Assembly: GCA_015065065.1 (NCBI GenBank)
Contig: SVQX01000005.1
Span: forward strand, 4,349 to 68,348
Source of the DNA: Oscillospiraceae bacterium
Lineage (GTDB): Bacteria; Bacillota; Clostridia; Oscillospirales; CAG-272
Length of the DNA stretch: 64,000 nt
Direction: 5' to 3'
Positions within the stretch are counted from its first letter, which is position 1. Each line of letters starts with the position of its first letter. Made by a program: the position numbers and the translations under genes. Below the pieces are notes generated by a model that worked only from the letters and a program-made list of their open reading frames with translations, made no database searches and was not told where the DNA came from. Below are positions 26,430-35,554 of the stretch, one piece after another.

Positions 26430-28187
26430 ATGAAAAAGTCTGTCATCTGTTACATGCTACTTCTCATTACGCTTTTTTTCGTTTCATGCAACTCCGACGA
26501 TAACAACGTAACGACAGATACGACATTTGTCGACACCGAAAGCTTTGGCACAGAAAGGACTACATACATGGACACGGAAACCACTTCTATTACCGAAAGC
26601 GCTGAAACGTCAGCCACGACTGAGGAGGCTTCAACTGCAGTAGAGCCTTCAAGCACCGCAGAGACGGTAACCGAGTCCGAAACGACTACTGACGAGATTA
26701 CTACCGAGGAGGAATTACCGACCGAGAAAGTTTCCTCATTACAGATCATCCCACAACCCAAATCGGTAATTCGCGGCAAAAGATACGCCCGCGTTCCTGC
26801 ATTTGTAGGCAACGGAGATTTTGACAACGCTGTTAACACATTTGTTTATTTCGTAAAATATACTCACGGCATTACGTCCGAAATCGTCTATGACGGCGAG
26901 GCGGATATTCGATTTGTAAAAATTGAAGGGCTTGCCGAGGAAGAATACAGGATAACCGTTTCAAAAAACGCAATACTCGTCGAAGCATCGGACGAATACG
27001 GTGCACAAAACGCTGTATCCACACTGGTTCAGGCAATGACAGCAGAAAACGGACTTATAAAAATCCCCGAATGCGTGATCGAGGATAAGCCCGACCGTAA
27101 TTTTCGCAGTATCATGTTTGATCTCGCTCGCTCTTGGCATGAGCCGAGCTACATTTACGATTATATTGATATGTGCCGATTCTACAAGGTAAGATACCTG
27201 CATCTGCACTTCACCGATGCCCAGCTCTACACCCTTCCGAGCGAAGCATATCCCGAGCTTTCCACGACTGGATACAGCTATTCGGCTGATGACATTAAGG
27301 AAATTGTCGCTTACGCCAAGCTACGAGGCGTAAATATTATTCCCGAGATAGACGTACCCGGACATTCAACGAACTTTCATCGCGCGTACCCTGAGGTGTT
27401 CGGAAATCATAACATAATATGTATGAGCGAAACCTCGCTTACCGCCATGGAAACACTGTTTACCGAGCTGTGTGAGCTGTTTGAGGATTCCGACTACATC
27501 CACATTGGCGGTGACGAGGCGTCTACCTCTAACTGGACCACCTGCCCTGACTGCTTGCAATCCTTCCGCGACAAGGGCTTTGACGTTGACAAGATGTCCT
27601 CTGATGAGCTTGTGACAGTAATGTACGCAGAATTTATCAACCGTATGGCTAAGGTCGTTCAGGATCACGGCAAGACTCCTATCGTGTGGGAGGGCTTCCC
27701 TGCTTCCGCAAACGATCTTATCACTCGCGATATCGTCGTGTACGGATGGGAAAATTATTATCAGACCACCGATTCACTGCTTGCCGCAGGATTTAACGTT
27801 GTTAACGCGGCATGGAAGCCAATGTATATCGTTGCGCCCAAGCCCATCTCCTCCGTTGATGAAGTTATTAACTGGAACATTTTCAAATGGGGCGCGGTAC
27901 ATCCAAATTCTCCGTACCTTAATACCCCACTTATAATTGAGCCGACCGATCAGGTTATCGGCGCACAGATGCTGTGCTGGGGTGATTTTATCACCACCCA
28001 ATATACTTCTGTCAACGAAGGTCTGGAGCATGAGTTGACTATCGTATTTGACAAGCTTCCGCCAATGATAGAGCACGTTTGGAATGTTGATAAGCGACTT
28101 GATGCAGACAGATTTTACCGCAAGGCGGATGCTGTCGATGCATTGCTTCAACAGTTCTTTACAAATATAAAGAGTTCGCGCGCTTGA
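26430..28187 (+). CDS. Lipoprotein beta-N-acetylhexosaminidase (GH20)
   Basis: Start MKKSVICYMLLLITLFFVSC (lipobox) after GGAAGGAG. A Thr/Glu-rich linker follows. The GH20 catalytic region includes IPEIDVPGHS and HIGGDEA. Confidence 0.85.
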   Translation: MKKSVICYMLLLITLFFVSCNSDDNNVTTDTTFVDTESFGTERTTYMDTETTSITESAETSATTEEASTAVEPSSTAETVTESETTTDEITTEEELPTEKVSSLQIIPQPKSVIRGKRYARVPAFVGNGDFDNAVNTFVYFVKYTHGITSEIVYDGEADIRFVKIEGLAEEEYRITVSKNAILVEASDEYGAQNAVSTLVQAMTAENGLIKIPECVIEDKPDRNFRSIMFDLARSWHEPSYIYDYIDMCRFYKVRYLHLHFTDAQLYTLPSEAYPELSTTGYSYSADDIKEIVAYAKLRGVNIIPEIDVPGHSTNFHRAYPEVFGNHNIICMSETSLTAMETLFTELCELFEDSDYIHIGGDEASTSNWTTCPDCLQSFRDKGFDVDKMSSDELVTVMYAEFINRMAKVVQDHGKTPIVWEGFPASANDLITRDIVVYGWENYYQTTDSLLAAGFNVVNAAWKPMYIVAPKPISSVDEVINWNIFKWGAVHPNSPYLNTPLIIEPTDQVIGAQMLCWGDFITTQYTSVNEGLEHELTIVFDKLPPMIEHVWNVDKRLDADRFYRKADAVDALLQQFFTNIKSSRA

Positions 28188-28257
28188 AACCCAAAGATAA
28201 AATCGGGATAACCCGTTTTTATATTCGCAATCCACACCACAAAGAAAGGAAAACATT

Positions 28258-29973
28258 ATGAAAAAGCTTTTAATTATGCTGCTCGCTATCGTTATGATTG
28301 TTACTATGGCTTCATGTGACACGGGCAATCAAGGTGACGTTACCACGGATACGACGGACACCACCGCAGACTCCGACGTGACTACCGAAGCCACGTCCGA
28401 ATCGAGCAACAAGACCGACGAGGATACGACTAATGCTGACAGCACGGAAACTGACGGTGATGAAGCGGCTACCGTTTCCCCCACGGTTTTTGATACTATC
28501 TACGTAACCAACAAAGATAAGAAGCTCAGCTTCACTGAGGCTATGGCTCTTGTAGAGGATATCGTTACCTTCCCTGAGTTTGAGGAAGGTGCGGAGATCT
28601 TCAAGATCAACCTTTCCGCAGAGTTCAAGGCATCTGCGAAATCCGGCGGAGTAAGCACCGAGATATCCGTTCCCGCAGTTCTTGAATTCGTAGCTATAGG
28701 TTCCGAGGATTTCTCCCTGAGCCTCACCTTGTACGACAAGCCATTTTATAGCTGTATTTACGTTGACGGCGTGATCTATGTCTCACTGACCGACGTGGAC
28801 ACAGGCGAGGTTACCAAAGCCCAGATTGCTCCCACTGAAGAGGAGCTTGAAGCTCTTATGGCGCAAATTCAGGCTATGATCTCCGACGAGCTCGGCGGCG
28901 TAGCTCCCGAGGATAGCACTGACCTCCCCGAGGACGAAACTACAAGCATCATTGATCTGCTTCCCGCCCCGGGTGACGAGGACGAATACGTTGAGACCGA
29001 GCCCGTACACAGCGAGGATGAGGCAATTGATCAGGAGGCGCTTGAGTCTATACTTGCAGAGGTATTCGGTGACGCGACACCCGAGGACATAGCGGCTGAT
29101 ATGCTTGGCGATGCAAAGCTGTCCTACAATGATGATCACAGCAGATTCTACATTTCTGCCGTCGGCGGATTTGATAATATCAACGCCAAGCTGGGTGAGC
29201 TTGCGGCGGCACTTGACGCGCTCATTCCCGAGGAAGAGCTTGAGGAATACGGTGGAATGACCGTTACGGATATTATTTCCTCCTTCACCTTAAAGACCGA
29301 CTCTACTTTCATTGATCTCGTTTTCGATGCCAAGGGTAACTTCTGCGGCTTTGGCGTAGATGTAGGAGTTGCAGGACAGGACAGCGATTACATGGAGATG
29401 ATGGGACTCAGCAACGTCAGCGCCGGCTTTACCATGCTGCTTGATATTACAGTTGACGACACTCTTACAGTGACTGCTCCCAAGGACGCCGACGAATACG
29501 TTGTCATTACAGTAGAGGAAGTCATGGAGATGCTGGATTCCTACTTTGGACCGAATGATGAAACCTACTTCCCCGAAATAGACATTGAGGGTGAGGACGT
29601 AATATCCCTTGAGCTGGTTCCCAATATTGACGGTTATATCGAGCTTAGCTCCGATCCCTACCGCCGCGCTCAGCAGCTTCTCTACATCTGGTACTCCGAG
29701 AATCCCGCTGAGGAATTCGATTGCGTGTTCAAGACTGATGGCGTTATTGCCTACGCTTATTCCGAGGACGGCGAATACTACTATACTGTCGCCGTAAGCG
29801 ATCTTGGAGAGGATGCGGATTTCTACTACGATTCCACGATAGATATTACCTCCGACAAGATCTACGAGGAGGGCGACGAGGTTGAGATATATTTCGTTAT
29901 TGAGGTCGTTGATCTGGGCGACGGATTTATGTATACTGAATTTACAGAGGTCGAATATCAGATAAGCGAATGA
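28258..29973 (+). CDS. Highly acidic lipoprotein of unknown function
   Basis: MKKLLIMLLAIVMIVTMASC lipobox, a Thr/Asp-rich linker, then ~500 aa rich in D and E with no recognisable family. RBS AAAGGAAAA. Confidence 0.75.
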   Translation: MKKLLIMLLAIVMIVTMASCDTGNQGDVTTDTTDTTADSDVTTEATSESSNKTDEDTTNADSTETDGDEAATVSPTVFDTIYVTNKDKKLSFTEAMALVEDIVTFPEFEEGAEIFKINLSAEFKASAKSGGVSTEISVPAVLEFVAIGSEDFSLSLTLYDKPFYSCIYVDGVIYVSLTDVDTGEVTKAQIAPTEEELEALMAQIQAMISDELGGVAPEDSTDLPEDETTSIIDLLPAPGDEDEYVETEPVHSEDEAIDQEALESILAEVFGDATPEDIAADMLGDAKLSYNDDHSRFYISAVGGFDNINAKLGELAAALDALIPEEELEEYGGMTVTDIISSFTLKTDSTFIDLVFDAKGNFCGFGVDVGVAGQDSDYMEMMGLSNVSAGFTMLLDITVDDTLTVTAPKDADEYVVITVEEVMEMLDSYFGPNDETYFPEIDIEGEDVISLELVPNIDGYIELSSDPYRRAQQLLYIWYSENPAEEFDCVFKTDGVIAYAYSEDGEYYYTVAVSDLGEDADFYYDSTIDITSDKIYEEGDEVEIYFVIEVVDLGDGFMYTEFTEVEYQISE

Positions 29974-30004
29974 CATTCGCAAAAAAGAACGCGAGGGAAG
30001 CAAT

Positions 30005-30034
30005 AGCGTGATACTCCAAGCGGAGTATCACGCT
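30005..30034 (+). terminator. 13-bp hairpin after the lipoprotein gene (no U-tract)
   Basis: AGCGTGATACTCC-aagc-GGAGTATCACGCT. Confidence 0.4.
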
Positions 30035-30039
30035 AACTA

Positions 30040-30200
30040 AGTTTGCCCTTCGGGCAAGTGAAGTTATCTTCGATAGTGAAGTTCACTTCGTGAGTGAAGT
30101 TTCGCCTGACGGCGAAGTGTGGGCAAACTTAACTTCACTTGTGCGTAGCACAAACTTCACTGCGTAGCAACTTCACTTTTGCGATAGCAAAAACATCACC
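30040..30200. repeat. Nested inverted-repeat array: 3x GTGAAGTT, then 3-4x AACTTCAC, interleaved with seven mini-hairpins
   Basis: GTGAAGTT at 30058, 30076 and 30094 (18-nt period). AACTTCAC at 30131, 30153 and 30169, plus AACATCAC at 30192. Hairpins: TTGCCC/GGGCAA, ATC/GAT, CAC/GTG, TTCGCC/GGCGAA, TTGTGC/GCACAA, TGC/GCA, TTTTGC/GCAAAA. Confidence 0.8.
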
Positions 30201-30376
30201 AACAGAAAAAGAGAGGACATTTCGGCTATGACCGATTTGTTCTCTCTTTCTGCTTGTTATATGGGTTTGGGCTTAGCCCATTTGCGTTTGACTAGTCAAA
30301 TGCGATGCTTGCACTTTTATGAAAGTGTAAATTCTCCGCTAAGGACATCACCCTATTCCCTCGCGTTTGTTTATAT

Positions 30377-31309
30377 TTATTTAAGAAATCCGTTGATGAT
30401 CTGCTCCTCGGCTTCCTTCTCGGTAAGTCCGAGGGTTTCAAGCTTTATGAGCTGCTCCCCTGCTATCTTTCCGATAGCCGCCTCGTGGATAAGCGACGCC
30501 TCGGTATGGTTTGCAAGTATCTGCGGCACAGCCACGACGCAAGCGTCGTCCATAATAATGGCGTCGCACTCGGTATGTCCCGAGCAACGGTTATTTCCGT
30601 TGATACAGGACAAAAATTTCTGCGTGGACTGATCCTTTGCCACCGAGCGGGAAACCACGTGAGTTCCGCAATCGACGCCGTTAAGGTCAACCTCAAACTC
30701 GGTGATCGCCGTTTGCTTGCCGTGTGTCATTATCTTTTCGTGGACGATAAGCGTTGCATTATCCGCAAGCGTTGCCACCGTTTTGCGGTTAGTGGAGTCA
30801 ACTCCCTTTATCTGCGCTGTCTGCATCTCCATATACGCGCCCTCGTCAAGATGCGCCTCGGTGGTGGGATTCATTATGCGCTCGCCGTTTCCGTCGCCGC
30901 TTCCGTAGTGCTTTTCCACGTATTTTACACGGGCGTTTTTGCCAAGGAAAAAGCGGTGTATTCCGCTATGCTCGCTCGCCTTGTCGCCGCCGTTGTGGAT
31001 ACCGCAGCCCGCGACTATGGTAACGTCGCAGTCAGCGCCGATATGGAAATCGTTATATACAAGCTCGCGGAGTCCCGACTGTGCAAGCAGCACGGGAATA
31101 TGCACGCTCTCGTTTTTCGTGCCTTCCTCGATATAGATATCTATACCGGGAAGGTCGTTTTTCTTTTCAATGGTTATATTTGCAGAGGAATTTTTGCCGT
31201 AGAGATGACCGTCGATTCGCAGTGAATACGCGCCCTCAGGCACCTCGTGCAGGTCTGCCACCTGCATTAGCAATTCCTTCTTGATGGGGTCGAGTTTATT
31301 CTGTGACAT
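30377..31309 (-). CDS. SufB/SufD-family Fe-S assembly protein (short form)
   Basis: 310 aa with the beta-helix-type sequence of SufBD (..VTIVAGCGIHNGGDKASEHSGIHRFFLGKNARVKYVEKHYG..). Located downstream of the SufC-like ATPase. Confidence 0.75.
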   Translation of the reverse strand: MSQNKLDPIKKELLMQVADLHEVPEGAYSLRIDGHLYGKNSSANITIEKKNDLPGIDIYIEEGTKNESVHIPVLLAQSGLRELVYNDFHIGADCDVTIVAGCGIHNGGDKASEHSGIHRFFLGKNARVKYVEKHYGSGDGNGERIMNPTTEAHLDEGAYMEMQTAQIKGVDSTNRKTVATLADNATLIVHEKIMTHGKQTAITEFEVDLNGVDCGTHVVSRSVAKDQSTQKFLSCINGNNRCSGHTECDAIIMDDACVVAVPQILANHTEASLIHEAAIGKIAGEQLIKLETLGLTEKEAEEQIINGFLK

Positions 31310-31340
31310 TGTCTGAAACCTTTCCTATAATATATGTGTG

Positions 31341-32072
31341 TTATGCCTTGGGTGCGGCAGTATATCTGCAGCCAGAAGAAACGTTCAACAGCTCGGGGAG
31401 GATCTCATCCTTCGTGCCGTATGCGGCAACCGTTCCGTCCGCAATTACTACCACCTTATCGGCAATATCAAGTATACGCTCCTGATGGGAAATGATGAGA
31501 ATACTTCCCTTCGTGCGCTCGTACATCTTTTTGAATACCTCAATGAGGTTATTGAAGCTCCACAGGTCGATACCCGCCTCGGGCTCGTCGAAAACGGAGA
31601 ATTTAGTTCCCCGCGCGTTTATCATAGCGATCTCAATGCGCTTCAGCTCACCGCCCGACAGACTTCCGTCCACCTCGCGATTGATATATTCCTTAGCGCA
31701 AAGTCCGACCTCCGAAAGATAAGCGCACGCCTGAGCAACGGTTATTTTCTCGCCTGCGGCAAGGGAGATGAGATCCTTTACGGTGATTCCTTTGAATTTT
31801 ACGGGCTGCTGGAACGCAAAGCTGATACCCATTTTCGCGCGCTCGGTGATGGACATATCGGTAATATCCACGCCATCAAAATAGATACGCCCCGACGTAG
31901 GCGTGACTATTCCCGCGATTATCTTTGCGAGGGTGGATTTTCCGCTTCCGTTAGGGCCTGTGATAGCTACGAAGCGGTTGTCTATCTTTAAATTTACGTT
32001 TTTAAGTATTTCGGTTTTAGCATTTTGGTCCGCGCCTTCGACGCGGTAGCTTATATCTTTAAGTTCAAGCAT
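31341..32072 (-). CDS. sufC: SufC-like ABC ATPase
   Basis: GPNGSGKST Walker A, LSGGELKR signature, 243 aa. Confidence 0.8.
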   Translation of the reverse strand: MLELKDISYRVEGADQNAKTEILKNVNLKIDNRFVAITGPNGSGKSTLAKIIAGIVTPTSGRIYFDGVDITDMSITERAKMGISFAFQQPVKFKGITVKDLISLAAGEKITVAQACAYLSEVGLCAKEYINREVDGSLSGGELKRIEIAMINARGTKFSVFDEPEAGIDLWSFNNLIEVFKKMYERTKGSILIISHQERILDIADKVVVIADGTVAAYGTKDEILPELLNVSSGCRYTAAPKA

Positions 32073-32273
32073 TTTCTATATCCTTTACATTATATTAACT
32101 GTCTTTGGCACACGTATATAATATACCACATTCTCCTCCTACTTTCAACACAAATTTTTAAATTATTTTGATTTTTGCCTACAATTTTTCAAAAATTCGG
32201 CGAATGTTCGTGCAGAGAGCATTTTTTACAAAATTATCTCCTATTTTTTGGCAATTATTTTTCAAAAAAGCTA

Positions 32274-32302
32274 TTGCAATATTTTCCAATTTATGGTATT
32301 AT
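32274..32302 (+). promoter_or_regulatory. Candidate spo0A promoter
   Basis: TTGCAA (32274-32279), 17 nt, TATTAT (32297-32302), with an upstream TGg extended -10. Confidence 0.4.
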
Positions 32303-32340
32303 ATTCATGTCAATAAATTCCCAATTTTTAGGAGGTACAC

Positions 32341-33135
32341 ATGGATTACACCACTCGCATACTTATTGCGGACGAAAATGCAAGCGGGCGAGCCCTGCTG
32401 AAGGAATCACTTATGAGATCGGGCTATCGTATGATAGACGAGGCGACCAACGGCGACGAGGCACTGACAAAAATAGAGCGTACACACCCCGATATTGCCA
32501 TTGTGGATATATGGCTGTCAAAGCTTGACGGTATCGGGGTTATCCGCGCGGCACAAAGCATCAATTACGCTGCCTCGGGCGATCGCGCGCCCGTATTTAT
32601 TATGACGTCCCCCGTTGCCAATCAAAATATGTTTATTCAGGCGGCGACGGCAGGCGCACAGCTTTGTCTTATCAAGCCGTTAAAGCCCGAAAGTCTTATT
32701 CAGCACATTGATATGCTGCTCCGCTCGCGCGACGGAAAGAACGGTAATTTTTCGCCTACCGATGCCGAGAGCGACAGGACTCCCGACATTGAAACGCAGG
32801 TGACGCAGATCATTCACCAAATCGGCGTTCCCGCGCACATCAAGGGTTATCAGTATCTGCGCACGGCGATTTTGCTCACTGTCAAGGACAGCGATATAAT
32901 CAATTCCGTCACAAAAGTGCTGTACCCTTCCGTAGCAAAGAAATATTCGACCACGACCAGCCGTGTGGAGCGAGCCATCCGCCACGCCATTGAGGTAGCG
33001 TGGGACAGAGGTGACGTGGATACCCTGACGTCCTATTTTGGGTACACCATTCAGAATAATCGCGGCAAGCCCACCAACAGCGAGTTTATCGCGATGATTG
33101 CGGATAATTTGAGGCTCAAATATAAATTGTATTGA
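32341..33135 (+). CDS. spo0A: Sporulation master regulator Spo0A
   Basis: Receiver domain plus the diagnostic Spo0A C-terminal domain: [20 protein letters not shown]...[44 protein letters not shown]. Confidence 0.95.
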   Translation: MDYTTRILIADENASGRALLKESLMRSGYRMIDEATNGDEALTKIERTHPDIAIVDIWLSKLDGIGVIRAAQSINYAASGDRAPVFIMTSPVANQNMFIQAATAGAQLCLIKPLKPESLIQHIDMLLRSRDGKNGNFSPTDAESDRTPDIETQVTQIIHQIGVPAHIKGYQYLRTAILLTVKDSDIINSVTKVLYPSVAKKYSTTTSRVERAIRHAIEVAWDRGDVDTLTSYFGYTIQNNRGKPTNSEFIAMIADNLRLKYKLY

Positions 33136-33140
33136 TATGT

Positions 33141-33166
33141 GAGGAGCAGACGGATGTCTGCTCCTC
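33141..33166 (+). terminator. spo0A intrinsic terminator
   Basis: GAGGAGCAGAC-ggat-GTCTGCTCCTC followed by TCTGCTTTG. Confidence 0.7.
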
Positions 33167-33655
33167 TCTGCTTTGAGCGGGGTGGTCGTGATATTTTCTT
33201 CGCAAACCGCCATCCCCTACCGTGATTTGGAGATTATTGTATAACAAAATGGTTTGTGATTTAGATTTATTTATACATCATACGGAAGGAGCAAGCCTCT
33301 CCCCTCCTGCTTTGTAACAACTAAAAGCTTATATTTAATATTCCGCCCGAGATCCTTCGCTGCGCCTCGTGGCATTTCGCATAGCGAATGCGGTCATTCT
33401 TGAGCGCCTACCGAGAGGTTTTATTAATCTTTTGATTGTCAGTCCCCACGATTATATTTTGTTGACTGTATCACACACGAATGGTTATCAATCGTTTTTT
33501 ACGTTCTTAATTTTCAATTTTGGCACACGCGAGGCGTGGTGCGATTTTCAAGTTGCAATTTTTTATAAAATCCCCCTTTTAGGTATTGATTTTTAAAAAT
33601 ATTTATGTTACAATAAAATTATGAACAAAAACTCTGTTATAAATTGGAGGTAAAC

Positions 33656-34516
33656 ATGGCAAAGCCGATTATCGGAATTTTATACGACTTTGACAAGACT
33701 CTTTGCACAACAGATATGCAGGAGTACGATTTTATTAAAAATCTCGGAATGGAATCCAACGATTTCTGGGGTGAGGCGGGTGCTTTGACAAAAAAATACG
33801 AGGTTGACAAGATCCTTGCTTATATGTTCGTTATGATCAAGAAATGCAAGGAAAAGGGTATTCCCCTTACCGAGGAATATCTGCGCTCCTGCGGCGAGAA
33901 CGTGGTGCTTTACAAGGGTGTTCTCTCTTGGTTTGACCGAATCAACGAGTACGGTGAGTCCCTCGGCGTTACCATTGAGCATTACATCATTTCCTCCGGA
34001 ACTTACGAGATAATTCAGGGTACGCCTATCGCTAAATACTTTAAGCGCGTCTACGCTTGCAGATACATGTACGACGAAAACGGCGAGGCTATCTGGCCCG
34101 CGCTTGCAATCAACTATACTATGAAGACTCAGTACATCTATCGCATTTCCAAGGGGGTTCACGACGTTACAAACGACTACGACCTCAACCGCGAGCAGGA
34201 TGAAAGTCTGCGACATATCAATTACCGTAATATGATCTATATCGGCGACGGAATGACGGATATTCCCTGCATGAAGATGATAAAGGAGCGCGGCGGCAAG
34301 TCCATCGCTCTTTATGCTACGGGCAAGGCGGAAACGGTAAAACCCCTTGTTGACGACGACAGAATCAACTACGTTTGCGTTGCCGACTACTCCGAAAATT
34401 CCGCGCTGGACAAGATAGTTAAGCTTATGATCGAAAATATGGCACTGATCGAGCGGCTTAGCTCCAAGGAGAAGCAGCAGCTCTCACAGTACAGGAGAAA
34501 CACTGATAAGGAATAA
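33656..34516 (+). CDS. HAD-superfamily hydrolase
   Basis: Start MAKPIIGILYDFDKTL (DxDxT motif I) after GGAGG. IGDGMTD is motif IV. Confidence 0.75.
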   Translation: MAKPIIGILYDFDKTLCTTDMQEYDFIKNLGMESNDFWGEAGALTKKYEVDKILAYMFVMIKKCKEKGIPLTEEYLRSCGENVVLYKGVLSWFDRINEYGESLGVTIEHYIISSGTYEIIQGTPIAKYFKRVYACRYMYDENGEAIWPALAINYTMKTQYIYRISKGVHDVTNDYDLNREQDESLRHINYRNMIYIGDGMTDIPCMKMIKERGGKSIALYATGKAETVKPLVDDDRINYVCVADYSENSALDKIVKLMIENMALIERLSSKEKQQLSQYRRNTDKE

Positions 34517-34581
34517 CAAAAAGCCTCGCCAAAGGCGTGCAAAATTAGCGGAGAAATCACAAAATATTTACCTAACACACG

Positions 34582-34633
34582 GTAGGGGCGAACTGTGTTC
34601 GCCCGCAGGCGTTCACAGAACACCCCTACGGAC
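34582..34633 (+). repeat. REP-like GC-rich hairpin unit (copy a) plus truncated inverted partner
   Basis: GTAGGGGCGAACTGTGTTCGCCCGCA (34582-34607), core stem GGGCGAAC/GTTCGCCC. CCCCTACGGA at 34623-34632 repeats the terminus of copy c. Confidence 0.8.
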
Positions 34634-34661
34634 GTGTGCAAATTGCGACGTGGTAAATAAA

Positions 34662-34691
34662 TCCCCGACAGATTTAAAAGTCTGTCGGGGA
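34662..34691 (-). terminator. Terminator of the GNAT gene
   Basis: TCCCCGACAGA/TCTGTCGGGGA, an 11-bp stem followed on the minus strand by a T-rich tract. Confidence 0.7.
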
Positions 34692-34694
34692 CTT

Positions 34695-35447
34695 TCATAT
34701 AGATAGATATGCTCCCTTAAATTGAAATCCACATGATTTTGCAGTGTTAAAGGATGCTATATTAGTTTTTACACAACTATAACAATAAACTATGTTTTCA
34801 TTTGTAGCACATATCGCTGAAAGCAATCGTTTAGCGTATCCTTTTTTACGTTGCATTCTGGTTACATATATGTTTATTGTTGATATGCCACGGTTCTTTT
34901 GCTCAAAAGATTGCACAAATCCAACTAAACTATTATCAATAAACAATCCGAGATTTACTGTATGGGTATCATTCATATAATCGCTGTAATATGTCAAAAA
35001 TTCTCTGGCAATATTTTGACCGATTTGATTATCGTCGGTCTCGCATGAACAGCACTTTTTAACACACTCATAATCATCTATTGTTAGTTGACGAATAGAT
35101 TGGTCGCTGTATGGAAGATATTCTCGCGCAAGTTTATATGCGCCTCGCTTGTCCTTTAATTTTTCCGGTATGTTATTCCAAGTAAGTACCATAAGGCTTT
35201 CAGTATCTGAAGCCATAAACTTTGATACTTCTTCTATTGCAGAAGAAAGATCAGATTCAGCGCTTATGGCATGGATATGCCAGTCAGAATCATTTTTTAC
35301 AACAAGACACCCATAAGTCATATATATGTCAAGAGCAACTTCTCCCGAAAAATTATCATAATAAATGTAAGATTGTTCCTGTGAAACATACTGCGCTCCA
35401 GAAGAAAAAAACACTTCTCTTGCTTCGTTTAAAGAAATTCGATTCAT
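34695..35447 (-). CDS. GNAT-family N-acetyltransferase with unknown N-terminal domain (low-GC gene)
   Basis: The C-terminal half reads ..LVGFVQSFEQ..INIYVTRMQRKKGYAKRLLSAI..N..SFNTAKSCGF, a GNAT A/B-motif pattern. GC looks visibly lower (estimated ~35%) than the flanks. Confidence 0.6.
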   Translation of the reverse strand: MNRISLNEAREVFFSSGAQYVSQEQSYIYYDNFSGEVALDIYMTYGCLVVKNDSDWHIHAISAESDLSSAIEEVSKFMASDTESLMVLTWNNIPEKLKDKRGAYKLAREYLPYSDQSIRQLTIDDYECVKKCCSCETDDNQIGQNIAREFLTYYSDYMNDTHTVNLGLFIDNSLVGFVQSFEQKNRGISTINIYVTRMQRKKGYAKRLLSAICATNENIVYCYSCVKTNIASFNTAKSCGFQFKGAYLSI

Positions 35448-35554
35448 ATTGTATGCACCTTTGTTAAGTTCTTATTTATCAATCTAATTTATCGCTAATT
35501 TATCGCCAGTTTCGCCTTTGTATTACAAATGCGTCGGGCAAAGCCCGTACCCCT

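Noticed and set aside
30058-30199. Possible CRISPR array, or a short repeat-peptide gene, in the GTGAAGTT/AACTTCAC region.
   Set aside because: The repeats are only 8 nt, the spacers are 8-14 nt and self-complementary, the orientation flips midway, and no cas genes are nearby. The repeat-aligned frame (SEVIFDSEVHFVSEV...) has no start codon or RBS and an upstream in-frame stop. It is kept as an unexplained structured repeat, not as CRISPR or a CDS.
30228-30632. A 134-aa plus-strand ORF bridging the intergenic region and the SufBD-like gene.
   Set aside because: Most of it is antisense to the well-supported SufBD-family CDS. It has no RBS and a low-complexity translation.
32170-32340. Spo0A '0A boxes' (TGNCGAA) upstream of spo0A for autoregulation.
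   Set aside because: Only imperfect matches are present, e.g. CGGCGAA at about 32200. I could not support a specific site.
33340-33420. GC-rich palindromic segment (GAGATCCTTCGCTGCGCC...GCATTTCGCATAGCGAATGC...), and a similar-looking segment at 55520-55600, as a possible second dispersed repeat family.
   Set aside because: By eye the two segments share no extended alignment with each other or with the REP-like 26-mer. Only a CCCCTACCGTG fragment at ~33213-33223 resembles a REP terminus. That is not enough evidence to call a repeat without a genome-wide search.
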